From: an uncultured Ignavibacteria bacterium
GTDB lineage: Bacteria; Zixibacteria; MSB-5A5; CAIYYT01
Length of the DNA: 64,000 nt
Assembly (NCBI GenBank): GCA_964552775.1
Contig: CAZKIH010000001.1
Span: 195,287 to 259,286 of the forward strand
Reading direction: 5' to 3'
Shown here: piece by piece, positions 50,401 through 58,730 of the stretch
Layout of the letters: every line of letters starts with the position of its first letter
Position numbering within the stretch: the first letter of the stretch is position 1
Translations under genes and position numbers: made by a program
Notes under the pieces: generated by a model
The model's input: the letters and a program-made list of their open reading frames with translations, nothing else
Databases searched by the model: none
Told to the model about the DNA's origin: nothing

Positions 50401-51743
50401 GAATAACAGTCGTTGGCTGTATTAGCATATCCAGCACTGTGGCACGATTGACATTCCAGCTCCAAATGTGCTCCATTGATAGCAAATCCAGTCTGATCGT
50501 GATCAAATTCCGCCGGCTCCCAGGCGGTTGTGGTATGGCATTGCTGGCAGTCATGACTGAAATTCGCGGCCTCGTGGTCGGGGCTATCGGTAGCGGCAAA
50601 TCCGCTACTGTGGCACGAAAAGCAGTCTGAAGCAGTGTTGGTGTACCCTTCGCCGTGGCAATTCTGACATGCTAAAGCCGTGTGCGCGCCGGTCAGGGCG
50701 AAACTCGTCGCACTGTGATCGAAGTCCGCTGGCTCCCACGCGTTCATATTGTGGCAAGTCGTGCAGTCATGATCAAAATTGCCGGCCGTGTGGTCCGGCT
50801 CGTCTGCGTCGGCAAAGGCGGAGCTATGACAACTGAAGCAGTCAGTAGCTGTGTTCGTGTAGGAACTGCTGTGGCAATCCTGGCACTCAACCTTGGTGTG
50901 CGCACCTTCAAGCGCAAAACTAGTCACATTATGATCAAAGGTCGCCGGTGTCCAGGCCGTCATCGTATGACAAGTTGAGCAGTCCTGTGAGAAGTTTGCA
51001 GCTTCGTGGTCTGGATCTGGTGCTTCAAGGTAATCGGCGTTGTGGCAAGAATAACAGTCAGTCGGCGTTCCGGCAAATTGGGTAGCGTGACAAGAGGCGC
51101 AGTCAAGGCCCTGATGTCCACCTTCAAGGATCGGAGTAGGTGGATGGTCGAATTTCGCCCCTTCCCACGTGACCGCCGACGAGCGATGACACTGTACGCA
51201 ATCGCTGTCGAATCCCGCCAATACATGATTGGGATCAGTGGTTGTGTTGAAGTCGCTTTCGTGACAAAACTGACAATCAGCAGGAGTGCCGGCATATTGT
51301 TCGCTCAGTTGTCCCTTATGACATGACTGGCAATCCACAATCGCGTGAGTACCTGCCAGCGGAAAACCGCGTGAAGCGTGAACTTCAAAAACTTCCTGTT
51401 CGTTCTGCCACCCGCGAGTTGTATGGCAATTCTGACAGGTTGAACCTAACTGACCATTGTGTTGATCGGCATGGCAATCGGCGCAATTATCAGGGGTTTT
51501 CGCAAACGTAAGGTCATTGTGACAAGCGATACACTTAATCTGTTTATGTTTACCGGATAAAGGAAATCCTGTTTCGTCGTGGCGAAACTTGGTTTCTGTC
51601 GGAATCTCTTTCCAGTTCCCGGTCGAGTGGCAGGTCGCACAATCGAACTTGATGTCGCCGTGGGGATTATCACCCTGGGCGATGGCAAGAATTGTGAGGC
51701 CGGCTGCGAAAGCAGTTGTCAGGCAGACTCTTACAAGAGTCAT
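47466..51743 (-). CDS. giant multiheme c-type cytochrome (about 58 CxxCH motifs; tandem c7-like triheme domains)
   Basis: Signal peptide; 1425 aa; about 58 CxxCH counted by eye. The repeating unit is ~72 aa with 3 CxxCH and conserved His (..FDH..TGAH..C.SCHS.GY.NT...CF.CHSGDFAG.TDP(N/D)H..NNFDH.C..CHST.AW.P), resembling polymerised cytochrome c7 (PpcA-like) domains. Confidence 0.9.
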   Translation of the reverse strand: MTLVRVCLTTAFAAGLTILAIAQGDNPHGDIKFDCATCHSTGNWKEIPTETKFRHDETGFPLSGKHKQIKCIACHNDLTFAKTPDNCADCHADQHNGQLGSTCQNCHTTRGWQNEQEVFEVHASRGFPLAGTHAIVDCQSCHKGQLSEQYAGTPADCQFCHESDFNTTTDPNHVLAGFDSDCVQCHRSSAVTWEGAKFDHPPTPILEGGHQGLDCASCHATQFAGTPTDCYSCHNADYLEAPDPDHEAANFSQDCSTCHTMTAWTPATFDHNVTSFALEGAHTKVECQDCHSSSYTNTATDCFSCHSSAFADADEPDHTAGNFDHDCTTCHNMNAWEPADFDHSATSFALTGAHTALACQNCHGEGYTNTASDCFSCHSSGFAATDSPDHEAANFSHDCQQCHTTTAWEPAEFDHDQTGFAINGAHLELECQSCHSAGYANTANDCYSCHQMAFAAATDPNHVTNGLGHDCAGCHTTAGWLPVDPRGYDHALTGFPLEGGHVGLDCQSCHSGGYANTSPQCFSCHSGDFAQANDPDHEGGNFDHNCLSCHSNSAWTPATFDHNQTQFALTGAHQTLACISCHSGGYVGTATQCFDCHSEAFASATDPNHVTNNFDHNCTSCHSTMAWEPSSFDHSATGFVLTGAHTSANCISCHSTGYTNTPTLCFDCHSGDFAGTTDPDHEQNNFDHDCTSCHSTTAWEPSSFDHSATGFVLTGAHTSANCISCHSTGYTNTPTLCFDCHSGDFAGTTDPDHEQNNFDHDCTSCHSTTAWEPSSFDHSATGFVLTGAHTSANCISCHSTGYTNTPTLCFDCHSGDFAGTTDPNHVQNNFDHNCGTCHSTTAWEPADFDHSQTGFNLTGAHTSLACISCHATGYTNTPNLCFDCHSGDFAGTTDPNHVQNNFDHNCGTCHSTTAWEPSNFNHSSTGFALTGAHTSLACISCHATGYTNTPNLCFDCHSGDFTSTSNPNHVQNNFDHDCSTCHSTTAWEPSNFDHSQTGFTLTGAHSTATCVSCHTSGYTNTPNTCISCHQADVTEATNPNHTSAGFDNNCATCHGTLNWESTNWDHTTTGFVLVGAHTSLQCISCHSQTYAGTSQTCFGCHSGDFTAVSDPNHVTNNFDQLCTNCHGTTAWTPATFDHSLTQFPLTGGHSGLQCLACHSSGYTNTSTACYSCHQGDFAGVADPNHVANNFDHNCVTCHTTSVWTPSTFNHSTTGFALTGGHTGLQCVACHSAGYTNTPADCYSCHQGDFAAVTDPNHVTNGFSHQCTECHTTTAWEPASFNHSTTNFPLTGAHVGLMCIACHSGGYVATPTLCFSCHQDAYSGTTAPSHAAANFPTDCQTCHSTTAWTPANWNHDTQYFPIYSGKHREAWDNCNDCHVNTSNYAVFECIFCHEHSQATMDDKHQDENGYSWQSAACLNCHPDGND
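49190..49840. repeat. three near-identical tandem 216-bp repeats inside the giant cytochrome gene (more diverged copies span roughly 48100..51000)
   Basis: Plus-strand shadow ORFs at 49223, 49421 and 49637 give nearly identical translations with a 216-nt offset. The minus-strand protein repeats TAWEPSSFDHSATGFVLTGAHTSANCISCHSTGYTNTPTLCFDCHSGDFAGTTDPDHEQNNFDHDCTSCHST three times identically. Confidence 0.75.
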
Positions 51744-51760
51744 CTTGACACCATCCAGAA

Positions 51761-53422
51761 TTAGAGTTTGCCGGTCTTTGAATCGTGGCAGTCTTTACAT
51801 TCAGTACCTAATGGCTTGTATCGGACTAAAACAGTCGATTCTTGAATGATATTGCCATGACATTCACTACAAGGCACCTTTGAGTGCGCTCCATCGAGAC
51901 GATACCGCGAGTCACGGTTATGGTCAAACTTCGAGGCCTTCCAATTGTCAGTTTGGTGACAACGGTCGCAGGCAGTCTGTCCGTCAATGACAAACTGCCC
52001 TCGATGAATATCTTTATGACATTCGTTGCAGTTTCTTGGCAGTAGCTCGAAAGTCAGAAGTGATACGTTAGTTTTATCATTTTTGTTCCCATGACAGTCA
52101 AGGCATTCGACACTTGCGTGCTTTCCAGTCAGTGGGAATCTGGTTGAATCGTGTGCAAAGAATGATTCTTTCCAACCCTCGACACCATGACAGCTCTCGC
52201 AGCCGCCACTGTTGATCAACTTGTCTGCCCTTCCACTATGCGGATCCTTGTGGCAGATTTTACAGGCAGTCTCTTGGTACGCAAATCTGTATTGGCGCTG
52301 TGACCTGCCAGACGGAGAGGTTACGTGACAGCCATCGCAGGGTACCGCAAGGTGTGCTCCTCGCAGTGGATAGTCACAGCTATCGTGCTGCTCAACCGTG
52401 AAGATTCCAGGACGAAATCCATCCACATTGTGGCAGCGTTCGCATTTCGCACCACCGGAGCTTCCAACAAAAGCGCCCTGGTGATAATCAGAGTGGCAAT
52501 CGCCGCAACTGGAGAACGCCAGCAACTTGCGGGGGCCCTCCTGCTTGTGACACTTTTCGCACTGCAGCGGTATATGCAGTCCCAAGAGCGGGAAGCGAGT
52601 CTTGCTGTGATCGAAGCTGTTGTTGTTAACTGCTCGCCATCCTCCTGTGTTGTGACACCCCGAGCAGTTCTGCCCGAGGCGATTGGCATGCGGGTCTTTG
52701 TGACACGCGCTGCACTCAGCGTAGCTGAGGCCGGTAAACTTCTGGTATGAAGTGTCAGCTACTGCCGACTTGTCGACGAGAACAGGATGACACTTGGTGC
52801 ACTCAGCCTTTTGATGTTGACCAGTCAGAGGATACTTTGCCTTTTGATGGTCGAACGAAACTGCCGGCTTCCACGCTGTGTTGGAATGGCAAGATTCACA
52901 CTTGTTGGAAACCTGACCACGATGTTCGTCAAAATGGCAGCTACTGCACTTAGTCGACAATCCCAGAAGTGTCCGGTTTGGATCTTTGCGCGTATCTCCC
53001 TCCTTCAGGTCCGGCACAACATTCTTAGCCGTATGACACTGCCGGCACTGCAGTGGCTTGTGCGCTCCACTAAGATCGTATCCAGTTAGCGAATGGTCGA
53101 AGGCTGCTTCACCGTCTTTCCAATATACCAAAGCGAAATCGCGACCATGGTGCTCGACATGACACTCTTCGCACACCTTGTATTGATTGCTTCCGTGAAG
53201 CCCGTCGAGTTCATTTAGTTGTTTCTGGATCAATGTGTGGCAGACCAGGCAATTGGGGCCAATCTGCTTTCGATCGGAACCATGACATGAACGGCAATTG
53301 TCGAGACCCTCCAAGTGGCTGTGTGCCTTCGAAAGGTCTCCCGGGGACAATTGTGCAAAGGCCGAGGCTGATATCAAGGCAGCGACGGCTGCGACAAATC
53401 GCCAATAATTGCTCGGTCTCAT
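51761..53422 (-). CDS. multiheme c-type cytochrome (about 20 CxxCH motifs)
   Basis: Signal peptide MRPSNYWRFVAAVAALISASAFAQ. 20 CxxCH counted by eye (CRSCHG, CLVCHT, CEECHV ... CKDCHD) and little else but heme-binding spacing. Confidence 0.85.
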   Translation of the reverse strand: MRPSNYWRFVAAVAALISASAFAQLSPGDLSKAHSHLEGLDNCRSCHGSDRKQIGPNCLVCHTLIQKQLNELDGLHGSNQYKVCEECHVEHHGRDFALVYWKDGEAAFDHSLTGYDLSGAHKPLQCRQCHTAKNVVPDLKEGDTRKDPNRTLLGLSTKCSSCHFDEHRGQVSNKCESCHSNTAWKPAVSFDHQKAKYPLTGQHQKAECTKCHPVLVDKSAVADTSYQKFTGLSYAECSACHKDPHANRLGQNCSGCHNTGGWRAVNNNSFDHSKTRFPLLGLHIPLQCEKCHKQEGPRKLLAFSSCGDCHSDYHQGAFVGSSGGAKCERCHNVDGFRPGIFTVEQHDSCDYPLRGAHLAVPCDGCHVTSPSGRSQRQYRFAYQETACKICHKDPHSGRADKLINSGGCESCHGVEGWKESFFAHDSTRFPLTGKHASVECLDCHGNKNDKTNVSLLTFELLPRNCNECHKDIHRGQFVIDGQTACDRCHQTDNWKASKFDHNRDSRYRLDGAHSKVPCSECHGNIIQESTVLVRYKPLGTECKDCHDSKTGKL

Positions 53423-53425
53423 GCT

Positions 53426-54289
53426 TTAAGACAAACCCGCGAATCCAGTCCATATCGCAATTCCGATATGAACACCCATTATCAGGTACATAATAATGGC
53501 AAAGGGCTTGTGGATAACGTGCCAATAGTGAAATACTTCGCGCGTTCTATCCAGCATTTCGATACGTCGCGCAAGCGCGGCGCGCTCGAGGGCGAGCCGC
53601 GCCAGTTGCTTCAACCCGCGATCAACTGATGCAAATGATCGTTTCATATCCTTCATGAGGCGGCGAGTCAGCATCGGCCGGGCGAAGTCCGCCATGATGG
53701 CCCCAACCAGCAGCCTAAGAAATGAGCCCTCAGTCGAGATCATCCGTTTCGACAAAATCTCAAGCTGAGCCAATTGTTCCGGCGCCAGCCCATATTTGTC
53801 CCTCAAAATCTCCGTCGTCAATTGCACCTGTTTATCGACCTCAGTCATTGTCAGCTCATCGCCTTCCTGGTTGCGGGGTATTAGCTGATAGAGATAGCGC
53901 CCCAAGTATCCGCTTAGTGCCACCGCAATCATTGACCAGAATGCGACTGCTATCAGTCCCTGTACCTTAAATGACGAATGGAGAACAATGAAAAGCGGTC
54001 CGCACACACCAAGATAGATGTGTAGCTTCAACCAATTACGCAACGTGATTCTCTTGCCGAGCAGTTTGGTGCGTTTTCGAAGAGAATAGGACAACATCAA
54101 AACCATCATTGCCGAACCAATGTATCCGAATACAATTCCCAGACTCCCTGCCGGTCGCAGCGCACGATAGTCCTCGTGGTGCGGGCGCTCAATATAGGAT
54201 GTGCCGTAGTACTGGAGTCCAGCGACCAGGTAATAAACGATGATTATCAGGGTTAAAGTGTACAGAATGATCAAGAATTTTCTCATCAA
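53426..54289 (-). CDS. integral membrane protein with conserved His in TM helices; candidate b-heme/quinol-interacting anchor of the cytochrome operon
   Basis: 287 aa: 4 N-terminal TM helices, a ~110-aa cytoplasmic basic helical segment and a C-terminal TM. His residues in the TMs (HIYLGVCGPLFIVLHSS; HYWHVIHKPFAIIMYLIMGVHIGI). First gene of the operon; overlaps the next gene's start by 4 nt. Confidence 0.55.
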   Translation of the reverse strand: MMRKFLIILYTLTLIIIVYYLVAGLQYYGTSYIERPHHEDYRALRPAGSLGIVFGYIGSAMMVLMLSYSLRKRTKLLGKRITLRNWLKLHIYLGVCGPLFIVLHSSFKVQGLIAVAFWSMIAVALSGYLGRYLYQLIPRNQEGDELTMTEVDKQVQLTTEILRDKYGLAPEQLAQLEILSKRMISTEGSFLRLLVGAIMADFARPMLTRRLMKDMKRSFASVDRGLKQLARLALERAALARRIEMLDRTREVFHYWHVIHKPFAIIMYLIMGVHIGIAIWTGFAGLS

Positions 54290-54755
54290 CTCTAAACTCG
54301 CGTAAACATTCTACGTTGACGACATTGTGATGCGTTTTACACGTTTATCGGCTAATTGGTTTATAAAAATGAATCTAACCTCCCATTTCGCATCTTAGAT
54401 AGAGGAATTTGACGAGCAGCGAAATACTTGAATTGGATGAGCAAAGAATAGAACATCTTACAGTCGAATGTGCTTAGGCTATTTTCGAAGGTCCCGCATT
54501 AATCGAAGAACCTGAAAACGGCCAGTAGTGATTACAGTGGGACCAAAATGCGAAGCTCCAACCCCTGTTTTGATTTACCGTGATGAGTTAATCAGCGCCG
54601 GGTTTGTCACTTGGTTGAAGCTGCATGATGTTAGTGGATTCGACTTGGCAGTTCGAAGATAGTCTGCGACACTCAGAACATTTATGCTCAATTGCAGGTC
54701 AGTCGAATCACAAATGCGCCACACCGAATCTTAACCGGCTGAAGTTTGTCGGAAA

Positions 54756-55445
54756 TCAGTCTATCGCTCTGAGCCGGTAGCCGATTCCTGGCTCGGTCGC
54801 GATTAGGTCTTCTCGCAATGATTTGGAATTCAACTTCTTCCTCAACTGCCCGAAGTAAACCCGCAAGTATTGGCGTTGCTCGACAGCAGGAGGGCCCCAG
54901 ACTTCTCGCAGTATCTGTGTGTGCGTAACGACTCTGCCCACATGACGAGCAAGCAGCCGTAACAAATTATACTCAGTTGCAGTTAGATGCACGATGTTGT
55001 CGTCAACCGACACGATCCGTCCCACAAAGTCAATCTTGAGTGGCCCGGAGACAAAGACTGCCGATTCCTCCCCGGGGTGCGCGTGACGGAGAGCAACTCG
55101 TACTCGCGCGAGCAATTCAACAGCACTGAACGGCTTGGTCAGATAGTCATCAGCCCCCGCATCGAGAACCTTGACCTTGTCGGCGTCTGTATCCCTGACT
55201 GTGAGAACGATGATTGGCACTGTCGACCACTCGCGTATTCGACGGATGAAGTCATCGCCGCTCATGTCCGGCAGGCCGAGATCGAGAATGATAACTTCGG
55301 GCTTGAATGAAATTGCCTCGCGAAGACCATCGTTTGCCGTCGCGGCATCGCCGACTTGATAGCCATCGGTCTCCAGGCAGACTCTCAGAAGCTTGCGAAT
55401 TGCCGATTCATCATCAATGACCAAGACTCTCGTCGACTTGTTCAC
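54756..55445 (-). CDS. kdpE: two-component response regulator KdpE (OmpR family)
   Basis: REC domain (VLVIDDESAIRKLL...IILDLGLPDMSG) plus a winged-helix C-terminus. Overlaps kdpD by 4 nt. Confidence 0.85.
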   Translation of the reverse strand: MNKSTRVLVIDDESAIRKLLRVCLETDGYQVGDAATANDGLREAISFKPEVIILDLGLPDMSGDDFIRRIREWSTVPIIVLTVRDTDADKVKVLDAGADDYLTKPFSAVELLARVRVALRHAHPGEESAVFVSGPLKIDFVGRIVSVDDNIVHLTATEYNLLRLLARHVGRVVTHTQILREVWGPPAVEQRQYLRVYFGQLRKKLNSKSLREDLIATEPGIGYRLRAID

Positions 55446-58147
55446 AGGGACCCTTCCTCAGTCAGTGCTTTTGGCCGGCTGGCGATAGGTAATTCGATCT
55501 TAAATTCCGCGCCCCCTCCACTTCGATTGGCAACACGAACGCGTCCCTTGTGCAGCTCGACTATGCTCTTTGCCAATGAGAGCCCCAAGCCGATGCCCCC
55601 GGCAGGACTTCCGGGAAGTCGTCTGAACCTCTCGAAAACATGGCCGATTTCTGATGACGGAATTCCCGGCCCCTGGTCCAGGACTGAAATTGACAGATAG
55701 TCTGCCGATATTGCTGAGGAAATCTCGATACTGGAATTCGCAGGAGAGTACATCGCTGCATTTCTCAGGAGATTGGAAAGTGCATGCAGCAGCAACCCAA
55801 AGTCGCCGCTCAGCAGCAACGATTGTTCTCCGTAAATGACGTTTACCTGTCTCTCTCGCAGGAGACTTCGGCATTGCTCCACTGTCTCCCTGATCAATTC
55901 CTGGACATCAAACCACTCCAGATTAAGACGCAGAGTTCCGGATTGCAATCTCGACATATCGAGAAGGTTTTCTATCACATGATTGAGGCGGTCGGCCGAA
56001 ACAATAATTTCATCAGCGAGAGTCTCACGACCTGCGTCGCTGGACTTTAGCTTCGAGTCTCGTAACGCCGCAGCAAAACCGATTATTGCCGTCAGTGGCG
56101 TGCGCAATTCGTGTGAAATCGAGTTGAGTAGAGTCTGGTGAAGTTTTTCCGATTCCTCCAAGAGCGCCAAATCGCGATTTTGAATCTGCAATGCCTCGCG
56201 TTGCACCACAACAGCAGTCTGGTGGCAGAGCGCATAAAGCAAATCGTTTTGCTCACGCGAAAATTCCATGGGCTCGATTGGCCGGAACAAAAGGACTCCC
56301 AACTGCTCGTCTGCGACTCGCAGCGGGAGACACAGTGACCGCACCTGTGAGAGCGTTTCTGTCGACCATCCTGCCGGCTTGCCGTTTTCGTGCACCCAGG
56401 CTGCTACAGCCCAGTCGTTTGTATCCATGTCAATCGCACTCGTGCGAGCAATCCTCCCCAATTTTTGGGTTTTCTTGTCAGGTATCAGCAGACAAGAGCG
56501 GGCTTGAAACAACCGCTGAACTCGGCGATCAACTTCCTTTTCAAGTTGGTCCATTCCCTCAAGCTCTACCAAGGCGCGGACGAAGTCAAATAGCACCTGC
56601 GTTCGCAGCTCGCGCTGGCGCAGTAATCTCTCTTGCTTGATACTGCGCGCAGTCAGGATACCGGTGATTGTGGCTACCACAAAGTACGCCGCGAACATCA
56701 TGAAGTCTTCCGGTGCTGAAATGGAAAACGTAAACCTCGGTGGAATGAAGAAAAAATTCCAGACTATGGCACTGAGTGTTGCTGCAGTAAGCATCGCCGC
56801 AAACGAGCTCCGAAAAGCCAACAACATGATCGCCAAAAGATAGACAAATCCGACTGCGCGATAGCCGATCAGCGGCGCAAGCAACCAATTCAGTACCGAA
56901 ATTCCGGCTACCATTGCCAGAGCAGTGAGAACCGAAACTCTATCCACTTTCGGTGCCTGGATGATTGGCTTTCGCAGCGAATCACCGATCTCCATGTGGG
57001 GACGAATGACATGGATATCAATGTCCAGCCGCAGACGCACGAGTCGATCAAGAATCGTCCCGCCCCCGAGCAAGTCTCGCCAGAAGCGACGGTCTGGTCG
57101 GCCAACAATAATCTGTGTGATGTCGCGCTCCCGTGCAATTCGGGCAATGGCTGCAACAACGTCGGAATCGGCAGTCGTTACCACTTCTGCTCCGAGCTCC
57201 TGCGCCAAACGAAGATTCTCACGCAAGCACTCTTCGTCAACGGCCGAGAGAGGTGTTGCAGTATCCACATTGAGGGCGATCCAGGGCACGCGCATGGCAC
57301 CGGCATGGCGGCGCGTCGCTCTGATCAGGTCTTCGGAGGAGGGGCTGTGACTGACTGCCACCAATAGTCTCTCGGCTGTATTCCAACGCCCGGAAATGAG
57401 CAAACTCTGCCTGAGATCCTGCAATTCATGTTCTACCTGTTCAGCGGTCGCGCGTAATGACAGCTCGCGCAGGGCAGTGAGCGATTCCTCCTTAAAAAAA
57501 TTCTCGGCGGCCGCTTGCTTCCGATCCCCCAGGTAGACTTTGCCCTCGTGCAGACGCTTCAACAGTTCGGTTGGCGAAATATCAATCAGGGAAATCTCAT
57601 CGGCCATCCGAATTATGGAGTCCGGCACGGTTTCACGCACGGTCACGCCGGTGATACGTCTCACGACATCGTTTAGGCTCTCAAGATGCTGCACGTTAAG
57701 GGTCGAGTAAACGTTGATGCCTTGGTCGAGAAGTTCCTGAACATCGTGATAGCGTTTGGGATGTCTCGACCCCGGAGCATTTGAATGTGCGAGCTCGTCA
57801 ATAAGCACGAGAGCCGGTTTTCGCGCGATGATCGCGTCAAGGTCAAGTTCCTCAAGGTGAGTCCCTTTATACTCGATTACTCGCCGTGGGATGACCGTGA
57901 GCCCTTCTAACAGCGCCTGTGTCTCGGCTCGGCCATGAGTCTCTACGATTCCGACAACAATATCGACACCCCCGCCAAGCAACTCCTGAGCGGTCTTCAG
58001 CATGGCATACGTCTTGCCGACTCCGGCGGACATGCCAAAGAAGAGGCGCAGCTTTCCTGAGCGCGCCTTGGCTTCGTCACTCTTCAGCGCCTGTAAGAGT
58101 CGCTGGGGATCAGGTCGATCGGAGTTCGTCATTCTGGTTAGATTCAA
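55442..58147 (-). CDS. kdpD: sensor histidine kinase KdpD
   Basis: 901 aa: N-terminal KdpD domain with P-loop GMSAGVGKTYAML, a Usp-like domain, 4 TM helices, GAF, HisKA (SHELRTPLTAI) and HATPase. Confidence 0.9.
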   Translation of the reverse strand: MNLTRMTNSDRPDPQRLLQALKSDEAKARSGKLRLFFGMSAGVGKTYAMLKTAQELLGGGVDIVVGIVETHGRAETQALLEGLTVIPRRVIEYKGTHLEELDLDAIIARKPALVLIDELAHSNAPGSRHPKRYHDVQELLDQGINVYSTLNVQHLESLNDVVRRITGVTVRETVPDSIIRMADEISLIDISPTELLKRLHEGKVYLGDRKQAAAENFFKEESLTALRELSLRATAEQVEHELQDLRQSLLISGRWNTAERLLVAVSHSPSSEDLIRATRRHAGAMRVPWIALNVDTATPLSAVDEECLRENLRLAQELGAEVVTTADSDVVAAIARIARERDITQIIVGRPDRRFWRDLLGGGTILDRLVRLRLDIDIHVIRPHMEIGDSLRKPIIQAPKVDRVSVLTALAMVAGISVLNWLLAPLIGYRAVGFVYLLAIMLLAFRSSFAAMLTAATLSAIVWNFFFIPPRFTFSISAPEDFMMFAAYFVVATITGILTARSIKQERLLRQRELRTQVLFDFVRALVELEGMDQLEKEVDRRVQRLFQARSCLLIPDKKTQKLGRIARTSAIDMDTNDWAVAAWVHENGKPAGWSTETLSQVRSLCLPLRVADEQLGVLLFRPIEPMEFSREQNDLLYALCHQTAVVVQREALQIQNRDLALLEESEKLHQTLLNSISHELRTPLTAIIGFAAALRDSKLKSSDAGRETLADEIIVSADRLNHVIENLLDMSRLQSGTLRLNLEWFDVQELIRETVEQCRSLLRERQVNVIYGEQSLLLSGDFGLLLHALSNLLRNAAMYSPANSSIEISSAISADYLSISVLDQGPGIPSSEIGHVFERFRRLPGSPAGGIGLGLSLAKSIVELHKGRVRVANRSGGGAEFKIELPIASRPKALTEEGSL

Positions 58148-58707
58148 AATAACGAATCTAGGGCAATATTCAACCTCAATACGTTCACCCGCGGTTGCCC
58201 AATAAACCCGAGACTGAACGGCTCGACATTACTTTCGACCAATCGGCGTAACGGAACCAGTTGATCTTCACTTAGCCCACGCGCTTTAGCGACTCGTTCT
58301 ATCTGGTAGAAGGCTGCTTCCGGCGAAATGTGCGGATCAAGCCCGCTACCCGAAGCAAGCAGCAGCTCATCGGGTGGCTGTTTGCCGCCATTCGCCCCAG
58401 CCAATGACGCCTGTCGCGTCGTGATCTGCTCCAGCAATGCCTTGCTTGTCGGGCCGAGATTTGTGCCGCTCGATGGTTGCGCATTATAGCCGATCCCGGA
58501 GGGGCGCGGCCAAAAATAACTTGAATCGGTGAATTCCTGGGCGATGAGTTCTGATCCAATCAATCTTCCATTGGAATGGATAAGGCTACCGTTAGCCTGA
58601 TGCGGAAATAGCACCTGGGCAGCACCAAGCATTATCAATGGATAGATCACTCCGGTCACAATTGTCATTGCGCCGATGAGCTTTGCTGCTATCAAAAAAG
58701 TCTTCAT
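58144..58707 (-). CDS. kdpC: potassium-transporting ATPase subunit C
   Basis: 187 aa with an N-terminal TM and the KdpC family motif GVIYPLIMLGAAQVLFPHQANGSL. Confidence 0.9.
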   Translation of the reverse strand: MKTFLIAAKLIGAMTIVTGVIYPLIMLGAAQVLFPHQANGSLIHSNGRLIGSELIAQEFTDSSYFWPRPSGIGYNAQPSSGTNLGPTSKALLEQITTRQASLAGANGGKQPPDELLLASGSGLDPHISPEAAFYQIERVAKARGLSEDQLVPLRRLVESNVEPFSLGFIGQPRVNVLRLNIALDSLF

Positions 58708-58730
58708 TGAAGTTCCAGTCTCCCGACGAG

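Noticed and set aside
47906-51511. A long series of plus-strand ORFs (47906..48233, 48978..49175, 49223..49933, 50214..51326 and others) with strangely repetitive translations.
   Set aside because: They are antisense shadows of the tandem-repeat cytochrome gene on the minus strand; their periodic similarity merely reflects the 216-bp coding repeats. It is also not a CRISPR array, since the repeats are long, contiguous and coding.
54290-54755. Searched the long intergenic region upstream of the cytochrome operon for a direct repeat of the tRNA-Gln 3' end (island attachment site) or a hidden small gene.
   Set aside because: Only a 7-nt gttcgaa match was found and no ORF above ~60 aa; treated as promoter/regulatory DNA of unknown content.
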